Source of the DNA: Schmidtea polychroa
Taxonomy: Eukaryota
Reading direction: 5' to 3'
Assembly (NCBI GenBank): GCA_044892525.1
Contig: CM097885.1
Span: 49,292,001 to 49,356,000, forward strand
DNA length: 64,000 nucleotides
The notes under the pieces were generated by a model that saw only the letters and a list, made by a program, of their open reading frames with translations, was not told where the DNA came from and ran no database searches. Shown piece by piece: positions 1-10,701 of the stretch; position 1 is the first letter of the stretch, and every line of letters begins with the position of its first letter. Both the position numbers and the translations under genes were made by a program.

Positions 1-80
1 ACAAATTGTTTGTTTATTTCGATATTCAAACTAACTATCGAAATGGGATTCATGATAAATTAATGTTTAAAATAGAAAAA

Positions 81-412
<332 letters not shown>

Positions 413-745
413 GTTGGGCTGAGTCGAAAATTTAATCGTTGAAAAATAGGAAAGTAGGGAAGTAGAACATTAAGAAAAATAATAATAAAATAAATAAAAT
501 CAGAAATAAAATAGAATAAGATATAAGGAAAATAATAATTAAGACATAAGAATTAAAACAAAAAATAAAATTAAGAAAAGATTAAAATAGAACAAGTTGA
601 CAAATAAATAAAGAGGAATTCAAGAAATAATAAGGAAATTAAGGAAATAAATAGAAAAACATATTAAAAATAAAGAAAATAAGGAAAAAACAACCTAAAA
701 ACAAGAAAATTATATTAAATTAATAGAAATAAGCGGTACTCAACT

Positions 746-880
746 CTGATTGGTCCGCACAAATAAGAATTTGATATATATACAACTACCAAAAACATTA
801 AATTTACTGTTAACCCCGAGCATTTCATAGGTAAGAAAAATGTTTACTGTTTTTACTGTTAACCCCGAGCATTTCATAGG
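746..880 (+). promoter_or_regulatory. Putative LTR promoter (reverse CCAAT box, TATA box) and splice donor
   Basis: CTGATTGG at 746-753; TATATATA at ~775-782; AG|GTAAGA at 830/831; 29-bp direct repeat at 803-831 and 852-880. Motif-based only. Confidence 0.5.
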
Positions 881-2960
881 ATCGACACTACTAGCCAAGC
901 AACCGTCATTCAGAAAACTCCACATCTATTCAAAACCAGTTCAGAGACCGAAATACCATTCATCACAATAATCAACATCCAACGGACCACCATTAGAACT
1001 ATTTGGAACGAACAACATTGAACTTTGACTCAGCCTAACAATAGTAAGGGGTATTTCATTTGTTTATAGATTTATTTAAGTATTTGCAAAGCTAATAGTA
1101 ATGTTAAATATTAACGATTAAATATTTTAGTTAACTCTCTTCATTTGATTCTCCATTTTAATAACTTTAACGTATTGATGGAATTTGTATTATTTAAGTA
1201 TTTCAGAATTAATAAAATATTTTTATCCAGATGTCCGTATTTTATTTGAATTAAAGATTTTATAAATTTTCATTTAACGAGCAACGTGGAGTTGAGATAC
1301 TCCATGCCATGGTATGAGGTGCCTTCGGGAGCTCAGCCGGTGGACATGGAGTATTTCAATCACGCAGCTAGATTGGGCCGAAATGTGAAGGCTTCTTCAC
1401 GGGTCCTATCGCTGAAGATGCGACTAAATTATCACAATGGGGTATGGTTAAAAAATAACTGGTAGACAATGATTTCACAAAGATAGTCGTACGAATGAAG
1501 GGATTTTCAAGGATTTGCACAGTGATTGAGGGCGTCGCATTCTTCTTTCGTCAAGTCGTTTTCGTAAATCTTACCCCTATTGAAAAAGGAGATCCAGACA
1601 ACGATTTAGTGAACTTCGTCAAAAATAACGACATCTCATAGTACGCTTCATCTGGAAACATGGTTTTATCAATTTAATTGCGACAACGTCTATTTGCCGG
1701 ACTCAGTAGAACTGATTTCGTATGAAATTCCGTTATCATAGACCCGAGGTCATCTAGCCTGTCCAGATTGCATGTCAGGTTACGAAAGTATTCTAAAAAC
1801 TTTAACTAACTCGAAACTATAAAATGCGAGATTCTACGAAAACCTCTCTAATATTATAATCAGAAAGTTTTTATAGACTTAGTTATTTCAAAAATTATAA
1901 CAGGTAAAATATCACCAAATTTAATTAATAACATTTGTTTCTACAATAAGAGCCAGGTCATCACTGTATATATCCAAATTATTGAACCTGAGAGAAATTT
2001 TCGAATGGCTAAGGACAGGTTTCATCGAGACGGCATTACATCTGAATAGGAAAATCCGAGTAGAATGACGTGAGTAGTAATAAGCTTCAGTATTTGGTAG
2101 AATTATTCCCTCGACGATCACTGAAAAGATCCAATAAATTTCCAAACGATGGTGATCATTCACACAAGTTGATAAGGGCAAAATTCCGCGATGAGAACTG
2201 ACTGTAGCATAAATCATAATTCAAATAAATCACTGTGTAGAAAAAATCATATGACAGCAGGATCGATGAAATCACCGTGAAAATGGCATACACCAAGTGA
2301 GTGAGATAAGATAGTAGCCATACACGAATCCATGTGGTGAGAGCACAGAATATCAGACTAGCATACATGATAGTCGCGACACGTGCCATTCACAATAGGT
2401 CGATAATGTAATCAACTAGTCGACAGTAGTATCCGTAAATTTGGACATGTGTTATGACCGATGAGATATCCCATTAGGGTGTTCAAGTAATGGCTGATGT
2501 AAACTCATCACATATTCTCAGACAAATGGTAGACAATATAGATAATCACATTCACTACCGAATTAAAAGTGCACTTCCAATAACAAATTTCGAATCAAAA
2601 AATATGTTGAGAATAGCGATAGTAACTTGTTTTTAATAAATTTAAATAGATAATTTATAGCAAGGTTTAGTCGCGTACTATAATGTCCCTCTACTAAAGC
2701 GTTATTATATTATTTCACCAATATTATATTTACACCCTATTAATTATTACGCCCCTCATGTATACAGTTAGATCAATAGAGAGTCAAAGTTAATAGCATG
2801 CGTCAAACCGATGGCATTTGGTTAAATAAACTGTTTCAACAAATAAGATCCGTGGTAAAACCGGATTGTAGAATGAGTTTTCCTTTTTTTTTTTTTTTTT
2901 TTTCGTCGGTCAAGCATCCACGAATGGCCGTAGGTCGTATCTAATTTATTCTAAAATCGT

Positions 2961-3749
2961 ATGTTCTACATTTCATTAGTATTATTTATAGCAAGCATGC
3001 TACCAACCACTAAATCAGCATTACGGCCGTGCTTCTCGTGCGCGGATAAAAATACGGTGATAAAGGACCTACAAACTCAGATTGGACGTTACAAGAGGAA
3101 GATAGACGAGCTGGAAGGGACATGGTTTAGTCCCGCTCGGATGAAAGAGATCCAAAGGAAGCTCGATCGTAGCGAGCATTGCCGGGACGCGCTAATATCT
3201 GAGAGCCGTGCCCAAAGAAGTCTAATCAGAGAACAATCCGAGGCACTGCATAAGGTTTACGTGCAGGCGGCTACAACCCGAAAAATTGTGCAGATTCCCA
3301 TCCGAGAGGCCGATGACATCTTTCCGCCTCATCACAACCTTTCCTCGAATCCATCTCCACCGTTCAAGAGACCGTGCCGAGACTGCGTCGAAACCGAATT
3401 GTCCCCCAAGCGACCAGATGTTGTCATCACGGGTACCAGTAAGCCCCCCACTGCTAGTCCATCCGTATCAGTCACCCTTCTGCAAGTGGCATCTTCAAGC
3501 AAACCCAAGCGAAAACAACTCTCTCGTGCAGAGCGCAAGAAGAGACAGCGCGAGCGCGCCACTACAAAGCCAAACATCCCATCAATAGAGGACTCAACCA
3601 ACGGTGGCAACTCTCACGTGTCCATCGACCTAACAACGGGACCCTCGGCACGAATCATATCAGCCGCTGGCGTAACGTGGGAAGAGAACGCTTCCGAGTT
3701 TTTTAACCTCGACGAATTATTCGCCGACGCTGAATGGGAGAAACAATAA
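2961..3749 (+). CDS. LTR-encoded ORF, 262 aa (likely start ATG 2997); coiled coil, basic NLS-like stretch, acidic C-terminus; function unknown
   Basis: Long GC-richer ORF in an AT-rich LTR; TTTATAG acceptor-like site at ~2984-2990; AATAAA overlapping the stop and again at ~3873. Confidence 0.7.
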   Translation: MFYISLVLFIASMLPTTKSALRPCFSCADKNTVIKDLQTQIGRYKRKIDELEGTWFSPARMKEIQRKLDRSEHCRDALISESRAQRSLIREQSEALHKVYVQAATTRKIVQIPIREADDIFPPHHNLSSNPSPPFKRPCRDCVETELSPKRPDVVITGTSKPPTASPSVSVTLLQVASSSKPKRKQLSRAERKKRQRERATTKPNIPSIEDSTNGGNSHVSIDLTTGPSARIISAAGVTWEENASEFFNLDELFADAEWEKQ

Positions 3750-4290
3750 AATCCCAGTGGCGGTCAGGATGAGGAACAAGGATCCGATCTATGTGGATTA
3801 CGATGTTTTCTCTTCTTTCGACAAACATTAGTAAAGTGTACAGCTAAATCCTTGTGTCATAACGTTGAAATTAATAAATCTTGTTGTCTTACACATTTTC
3901 GTCCATGAATAATTTGACTTTAATTAAGGGGGTTGAGTAGAGAACCCGCAAGAGCTAGTGAGAAATTCCCAATTTGCATTCAGCGAATCCTGATAAGTGG
4001 TTATGTAAGGAAACGGACGTAAGCCCTTCTATCGGCAGTCGTGAATGGGAAGTCGAGGCCTCAGCAAGGAGTAGTTTTAAGGCAGAAGCTCACCTGCTTG
4101 CTGGCGTCTCGCCTGCATAGTGCAGCACCAACGTGAAGTGATTCACGGGCACTATGTTGGAAGAAAGTTATGTGGGGTTTCACTCCAGGTTGACAAATCG
4201 GTGGCACCTTTTATTCGAGATGGACAATCAACCCTTAGACCCGTCAACATGGTAGAGTGGTCAGCCGAGGTGTAACCCCAACATGATTTT

Positions 4291-4308
4291 TGGGGGCTCA
4301 GCCGGGAT
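4291..4308 (+). other. Primer-binding site, tRNA-Pro type
   Basis: TGGGGGCTCAGCCGGGAT, 7 nt after the LTR; 16/18 match to the MLV tRNA-Pro PBS TGGGGGCTCGTCCGGGAT. Confidence 0.88.
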
Positions 4309-4625
4309 CTACAATCGATCGAAATTTCTATTAACGAATGCGAAATTCACCGGGATTTTCATACAAAATTAAAGGGATTTATCACATCGATTTTCTGTTT
4401 TCGACCGACCATTGCTTGACGAATGCAAATTGACTATTGATTATTAAATTATATTAGGAACTAAGTAGAGAAAATCAAAATGTAGATAATAGGAAAATTA
4501 AGGATATATATAAATAAAGGAGATAAAGTAGTCAAATTAAATAATTAACAATGGTTAAAGAAACCAATTAACGAATTAACTATTAATTTACTACATATTA
4601 TTAAAACATTACTTTTCCAACAGCT

Positions 4626-5111
4626 ATGACAGAATTCGCGAACCAAATGCAACAACTGCTCAAGTTTATCGATATAGAAAACGACTCCCTAACAACACTG
4701 ACGCATAAAAGAGAAAAAATCAACGCGATATTACTACAAGCAATCGGACAAACACCAGTCGTACCTAATCATATGATATTAGCCACAGGCCTAAGTCGCC
4801 CAGATGGAAAAATAAACCCCGAAACAGTATATCAGTGGTATCAAGAGAGATTGAACCACCCAACATTAAATCTAGATTATCAGCGTCTAAAAGACTCACT
4901 AAATACAATACCAGATGCAATCGAACAAAAAATACAGGAAAAAGTTAACCAATTACGAACTTGTATAGCCTGCAAACTCCGTCCTATTCGCGTATTATTC
5001 TTACCGTGTGGACACCTCAGTCACTGTGAAGAGTGTGTAAAAGACCTAAAAAGATGCACGATGTGCAAATATGAAATAAAAGAGACCCATATGGTCTATT
5101 ATGGCGAATGA
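4626..5111 (+). CDS. C-terminal RING-HC (IAP/MDM2-type) putative E3 ligase, 161 aa
   Basis: CIAC-x-VLFLPCGH-x-CEEC-x-CTMC near the C-terminus, ending MVYYGE; acceptor-like TTTTCCAACAG just before the ATG; no BIR domain seen. Confidence 0.85.
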   Translation: MTEFANQMQQLLKFIDIENDSLTTLTHKREKINAILLQAIGQTPVVPNHMILATGLSRPDGKINPETVYQWYQERLNHPTLNLDYQRLKDSLNTIPDAIEQKIQEKVNQLRTCIACKLRPIRVLFLPCGHLSHCEECVKDLKRCTMCKYEIKETHMVYYGE

Positions 5112-5720
5112 AACGGCCGGCGATGTAACAGCAAGTATACGATGTTTGAACAAGAATGCATGAAATTGTTGAAGTAACACGTACTGTTAATGATTCAATC
5201 TTTATGTTTATGATAAATAAATTCGTCTTTAAAAAGTTTTGATGATTAGGACTAATAAAATTTGCATGACGAATGAATATTTGCGTGTTTGTTTTGTTTT
5301 ATTTTTTTTTTTTTTTGAATCAAATGAAGAGAGGGTTGAATAACGTGGAATTAGTCCCAATATAGACTGCAGGGGTACAAACCGAGCCACCTTCGGGCGG
5401 TACGTCTTATTGCAAGAACCCGTTGGGAGGGGATAACTGATCAACCCAAGTAAGAAGCGTAGGGCGGGGTACCATCGCATATGATGAGAAGTTTTTGCGA
5501 CATGACTGATCACCATGCCAATGTAGAAATGGATCATCGCGATCGTCGTGCGTTTTGAGCAAGGGGGGAAAGGGGAAACACTCCCAAGCGGTAAAGATTA
5601 AGTCGACAAATTAAAAGTAGACAGAGAAAATGGTAAACTAGAGTAAAAGAAGAAAAAGAGAAATAGAAGCATGCAGAGCGAGGAATATTGAAGCCGAGCT
5701 GTCGAATAATCCAGCCGGAC

Positions 5721-6133
5721 AAGGAGGAAGATTGAGCTGTTGAATAGTGCCAGCCAGTCGTAAGATCGAGTTGTTGAATAGTCCAACCGATCAGGAAGGA
5801 GGAAGATTGAGCTGTTGAATAGTGCCAGCCAGTCGTAAGATCGAGTTGTTGAATAGTCCAACCGATCAGAAGGAAGAAGATTGAGCTGTTGAATAGTGCC
5901 AGCCAGTCGTAAGGTCGAGTTGTGAAAAGTCCAACCGATCAGGAAGGAGGAAGATTGAGCTGTTGAAGAGTGCCAGCCAGTCGTAAGATCGAGTTGTTGA
6001 ATAGTCCAACCGATCAGAAGGAAGAAGATTGAGCTGTTGAATAGTGCCAGCCAGTCGTAAGGTCGAGTTGTGAAAAGTCCAACCGATCAGAAGGAAGAAG
6101 ATTGAGCTGTTGAATAGTGCCAGCCAGTCGTAA
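5721..6133 (+). repeat. Tandem array, ~5.6 copies of a 73-75 bp unit, in the retroelement leader
   Basis: Units start at 5721, 5796, 5870, 5944, 6018 and 6091 (AAGGARGAAGATTGAGCTGTTGAATAGTGCCAGCCAGTCG...). Confidence 0.95.
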
Positions 6134-7440
6134 AGGCCTAGAAAAGCGAGAGATAGCAGTTAAGCTACAATGAGATAATATTTAAATTACTAGTGATATG
6201 GAATATTAAAGCTAGCTAGAACAAATTGAATGTAATTTTGAAAATTCGAGTTTAGAGAGGAAATAAACGAGCTCGTGGAAAAGAAAATAAGATTATAAGG
6301 AAAAAGGAAAGGGAAGAAGGAAACGAATTAAAGAGATAATAGAAAATAAAGAATAGATGAAACAATGATAATGAGTAAAGAGGAAAGTAACTAACTAATT
6401 AAAGGGATCCCAGTGAAGTAGAGAAACTCTACGGAATTTTTTTTTGGGTAAACCGGGAAAATGTATTTTTATCGGTTCCAGAGTAGAACCGAGTGGGATA
6501 ATAGTAAATACGAAAAGTAAAACAGCGACAACAGCGCAAAGGAATAAGAAAACGAAGGGGGGTAATAAGCAGAGACCGACAACGACCTATTTTTACTATA
6601 ATTGATAACGAATAGATAATTATTACGACTTTATAGATAATTGTTACTACCCCATATAGATAATTTAAAATCGACGGAAAATACGGGCTGATGGGATATT
6701 ATAACCCGCAGAAAGGATTTCACAAAAGATAAAGGAAGCACAAACAGAAACCTAAAAGGTGTCTGTTTTTGAATGTTGTAGAAAGAATGATGAAGTCGTG
6801 TAAGCAAATGCAACACGAGATCATTTTTTCATTTTAGATATCAAGCCAATCCAGCCAACCAAGACAATCCAGAACCTGCACAAAAGGAATTCGAAGAAAA
6901 TCGACAATCAACCAAGGATAAATCCATTCAGAACCCGCACCGAGAGACACAGCAACCGGAAGACTCCAGAACGGAAGAAGTATTAGCAGCCATCTGCCAA
7001 GGATTAGTAAATCTCCTCAGGATCTCAGTAGCAGATTCATACAGAATATTTATCGAAGGAAACACAATCAGAACCGAACGCGTCCGATTCAATAGCCGCT
7101 AATTACCAAGAAGCGTAAGAAAGGAATCACGGATAAACCCAATCTTAGATCTTCTAGTAAGCCAGGAGACGTATTATTTTCAGGAGACGAATTACAACAA
7201 CTCAAAAGAGGACGATCCATTAAACATCAAAGAGGAATATCACAAGGATCCAGAAGAACCAATCAAGTACCCATATTTGACCAAGAAAATCTCGGATATA
7301 CCCCTAGTCGATCTCGAAGTAGAGAAAGTCTGTCCGATATCACTAATAGTTTAGCAACGTCAACCGAGGAATTATCAGCCCAAAGTTTAGTCACATCGTT
7401 AGACAATTTAAAAGAAACAGACGAACCTAGAACACCAATC

Positions 7441-10400
7441 ATGACGAATGTCGTAAAAACCGACGAGTATAAAGAGAAGTTCAGAGGAGAACCGTTCAAC
7501 GGAAATGCAAACAAGCTAGCAACGTTCATAACTAATTTTGAAGTTTATATCACTGTGTGTGGATGGACACCCGAAGCAATTAGTAAAAGGATGCCGTTGT
7601 TTTTGTGCGATAGTGCATTAGAGGTATATTTAGAAGCTAAAGAGAGAGACACGAAATTAGAAAAGTGGGAAGATATTAAAACATTCCTGAAGAAAACCTT
7701 CGGAGCCAGTAAACCAATCAACCAGGCGTTGGGCGAACTAGCAAATAGGAAACAAAGAGCAAACGAATCGATAACATTATATGCCAGTGAATTGCGGAGA
7801 TTAGCAAAGAAAGCAATGAATGGAAAATTACCCGAAGAAAATCTGATCGGTTATTTCATAGAGGGATTACGCCGAGAAGAAGTAAGAGCCTCAGTAGGTT
7901 GTCAAATGTGCAAAACATTAGAGGAAGCCATAGATTGGGCTACAAGATGCGAGCTCCACCTTCCAGCTCAAATGAATATTATGCAAGAGGAGGGAAGGAT
8001 AGCGACAGCAATAGCGAAAGCAGATAACGGAGATAACAACAATCAAGAACCGAAAATGAATCAATTTATACCAGGAGCGCACCAAATTTTCAAACCACCA
8101 CAAGGACGATCAAACGGGAATAATGGTAATCGTAACAACCCGAATAATGAGAACAATTTCAATAATCGGCGAAATATGAACGATAACAAGCAGTGCCGAA
8201 CATGCGGTAAACCAGGACACTGGGACAGAGATTGTTATAGAAATTCAAATTGTAATCGTTGCGGACGGCGTGGACATACCGAAAATGTATGCCAATTGCG
8301 AGGCTGTTTTAACTGTGGTCAGCCAGGTCACATCTCCAGAGATTGCCGAGAAAGGAGCCAACAACAACGACCACCACAGCGAAATAATAATTATATAGCG
8401 AATCCGCAACGACAAAGTAACCCTAACGAAGGAAAACAAATGAACGTTATGCAGGAAATTTCGCAGATGAAACAGATGATGCAACAAATGATGAGACCAA
8501 GACAAGAATCAGCACCACAACAAACCCAGAATATACGTATGATGAGGAGTACCGAAAATCTCAACAATTATGAAGTGCATCAACATGTACAAGAATGGCA
8601 AAGGCTACAGGCCGAGGAAGAGAGGATAAAACAAGAACGCAACCAACAACGACAAGAACAACCATTGCGAATAAATATGATGAAGTTAGTAAAAGACATG
8701 AAGAGCCAGTATTGCTACAATTACGGGAAAAGCCCAAGGGTAGTACCCATGACTGAACCAGAAAAGGTAAAAGAAATAACAACGGAAATGAAAACAGAGA
8801 ATTCAACCACGATTTTAAAAGGAAACCAGAGAACTCAGAAAATATTCTGGAAAAAGATAAAGGATAAAATCGAAAAAGAACATAATAAAGCGAAAACCGA
8901 GACAGAAGATGAAAATAACAAGAGCGAGGAACAAACCAGTCAACTAAATCACCAAATGCTACAAGAATTAGAATCAGAAGAAACAACAATATTCGAAAGA
9001 AAGAAACTAAAGAGAGTACCAAGGATGAGAAACTTGCAAATCAATATGATGAAAAGGACAAAAGATGTAGCATCGTCAGACGAAGAAGAAGATTATGTAA
9101 GTAGTTTGGGTGGAGAAATACTACAGCCGAGTGAAATAAGCGAACCCCCAAAAGGGGAAATCAAAGAGGAAGAAAGCGGAAACGAGATAACCAGTGAAAG
9201 TGAAGACGAAGATATCGAAATAAAGTTGAGAAAAGCAAGGGAGGAAGCGATAAAACAGGTAGCCGAAATACTCCCAGTAGTAGTGAGGAACCAAGAGTTC
9301 ATCGACGTAATACCATTCAGGCGATTCGTGCAAAAAGTGATGAAATTGGAAAGAAACGAGAAAGATCTAATACCAAACGAGGAAAAATCAATTATAAAAA
9401 ATTATATGGAAAAAATGAAGCAGGCCGATACCACGCGGTATGTAATAAAAATTGGAACGAGTAGAGGACTTGAAAGAATGTGGATAAAAAATACAGTCAC
9501 CGACGAACTTTTCGATTGGATACGAGAACATTTGGGAAGTTCGAGAAAGAAAGAATATCTGTATCAATACCAAGGAGAACAGATCAAACCAGATATGCAC
9601 TTAGTAGATGCACTAATATGGCCAGGAGAAACGCAAATACTGAAGTTGCATAAAGAAAAACAACCAGCCAACCTTTACGATTGGGCTAAAGATGCCAAGG
9701 CAGAATATGATTTTAATATCAAATTGAAATTAGAACAAATAAAACAATGTACTCTGAGACGAAACCTGGATAAGCTGATCAAACAAATTCAAGAACAAGT
9801 AGAAGACAACTGGGATTTACTCATCACCAGACGAGCCCCAGCCATGTACGAACTAATGAGCCGGTTGCGAGATACAGAAATGCTCCGAATGAGTGATTGG
9901 AGAACCATAAATTTGATCCACAAATATGGAAGGTTAAAAGAAACCCAGCCACAGAGGTTGGAAATAACCATATGGTTACCGAACGAAGAAAAACGACGAA
10001 TAAAAATGAGCAATCAGAGTACAGTGGATGACTTGGTATCAAAAATAAACCAAGAGATAACGGAAAAGGTACGTAGCGAAAGTAGTGATGGTATGGTGGA
10101 TGATGTAGTCATGATGTACGATAAGATAATATTACGAACGGAGGACGACACCTCGTTAAGCGAAATGGGTATGTGGGACAATCATCAGATAATCAGGATA
10201 GTACCAATGGATGAATTCCGAACAAGAGATGTAACATATCAAAAAGAAATACGAGACCGGATGAAAACGTTATATCGAAAATCTACAGAAATAATTGAAA
10301 TCCACCAACAATGGTTAAAAGAAAAAGAGCTACAAGGAAAAATCACGAAATTAAATACCAGATCTTGCAGACGAACCCCATGGGAAAGAGTGTGGAATGC

Positions 10401-10683
10401 AGAAAGTAAGGAATGGGAAATCCGGAAAGGAACCTTCGTAGAAACAGACATCGGTGAGACAGAAAGTGAATCGGAGGAAGAAGAAGAGGAACCCCCAGAA
10501 TATGAAGAGGAAGCAAGGGGACAGACATCAGATGACGAAAGCGAGACGGATGTCACATCAGAAAGCGAAAATGAAGCGAGACATATTCATGCAATGAGGA
10601 AAAAGGAACGGGAATATGCTGATATGGACGGCGAGGAAGCGACGGAAGCAAGAGAACGAGAAGAGACAGAAAGGTATAAATAA
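7441..10683 (+). CDS. gag: Gag, 1080 aa: capsid-like domain, 3 CCHC knuckles, long extension with two ubiquitin-like domains
   Basis: KQRANESITLYASELRRLA gag motif; CRTCGKPGHWDRDC, CNRCGRRGHTENVC, CFNCGQPGHISRDC; Ubl-like segments at ~9436-9651 and ~9955-10206. The frame is open without ATG from 7096. Confidence 0.92.
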   Translation: MTNVVKTDEYKEKFRGEPFNGNANKLATFITNFEVYITVCGWTPEAISKRMPLFLCDSALEVYLEAKERDTKLEKWEDIKTFLKKTFGASKPINQALGELANRKQRANESITLYASELRRLAKKAMNGKLPEENLIGYFIEGLRREEVRASVGCQMCKTLEEAIDWATRCELHLPAQMNIMQEEGRIATAIAKADNGDNNNQEPKMNQFIPGAHQIFKPPQGRSNGNNGNRNNPNNENNFNNRRNMNDNKQCRTCGKPGHWDRDCYRNSNCNRCGRRGHTENVCQLRGCFNCGQPGHISRDCRERSQQQRPPQRNNNYIANPQRQSNPNEGKQMNVMQEISQMKQMMQQMMRPRQESAPQQTQNIRMMRSTENLNNYEVHQHVQEWQRLQAEEERIKQERNQQRQEQPLRINMMKLVKDMKSQYCYNYGKSPRVVPMTEPEKVKEITTEMKTENSTTILKGNQRTQKIFWKKIKDKIEKEHNKAKTETEDENNKSEEQTSQLNHQMLQELESEETTIFERKKLKRVPRMRNLQINMMKRTKDVASSDEEEDYVSSLGGEILQPSEISEPPKGEIKEEESGNEITSESEDEDIEIKLRKAREEAIKQVAEILPVVVRNQEFIDVIPFRRFVQKVMKLERNEKDLIPNEEKSIIKNYMEKMKQADTTRYVIKIGTSRGLERMWIKNTVTDELFDWIREHLGSSRKKEYLYQYQGEQIKPDMHLVDALIWPGETQILKLHKEKQPANLYDWAKDAKAEYDFNIKLKLEQIKQCTLRRNLDKLIKQIQEQVEDNWDLLITRRAPAMYELMSRLRDTEMLRMSDWRTINLIHKYGRLKETQPQRLEITIWLPNEEKRRIKMSNQSTVDDLVSKINQEITEKVRSESSDGMVDDVVMMYDKIILRTEDDTSLSEMGMWDNHQIIRIVPMDEFRTRDVTYQKEIRDRMKTLYRKSTEIIEIHQQWLKEKELQGKITKLNTRSCRRTPWERVWNAESKEWEIRKGTFVETDIGETESESEEEEEEPPEYEEEARGQTSDDESETDVTSESENEARHIHAMRKKEREYADMDGEEATEAREREETERYK

Positions 10684-10701
10684 TTAGGCGATATCTTAGC
10701 A

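Noticed and set aside
1921..2389. Antisense hydrophobic ORFs in the LTR (98 and 77 aa)
   Set aside because: No recognisable motif and no consistent splice model found; not excluded, but unsupported.
3928..5560. Hammerhead or other known ribozyme
   Set aside because: No CUGAUGA...GAAA core with flanking stems found; reported only as structured RNA.
5721..6133. CRISPR-like array
   Set aside because: Units repeat end to end with no unique spacers; no cas genes; eukaryotic context.
9290..9345. FIDVIPFRRFVQKVM resembles histone H3 helix 1 (LIRKLPFQRLVREI)
   Set aside because: The rest of a histone fold is not evident; too short to call.
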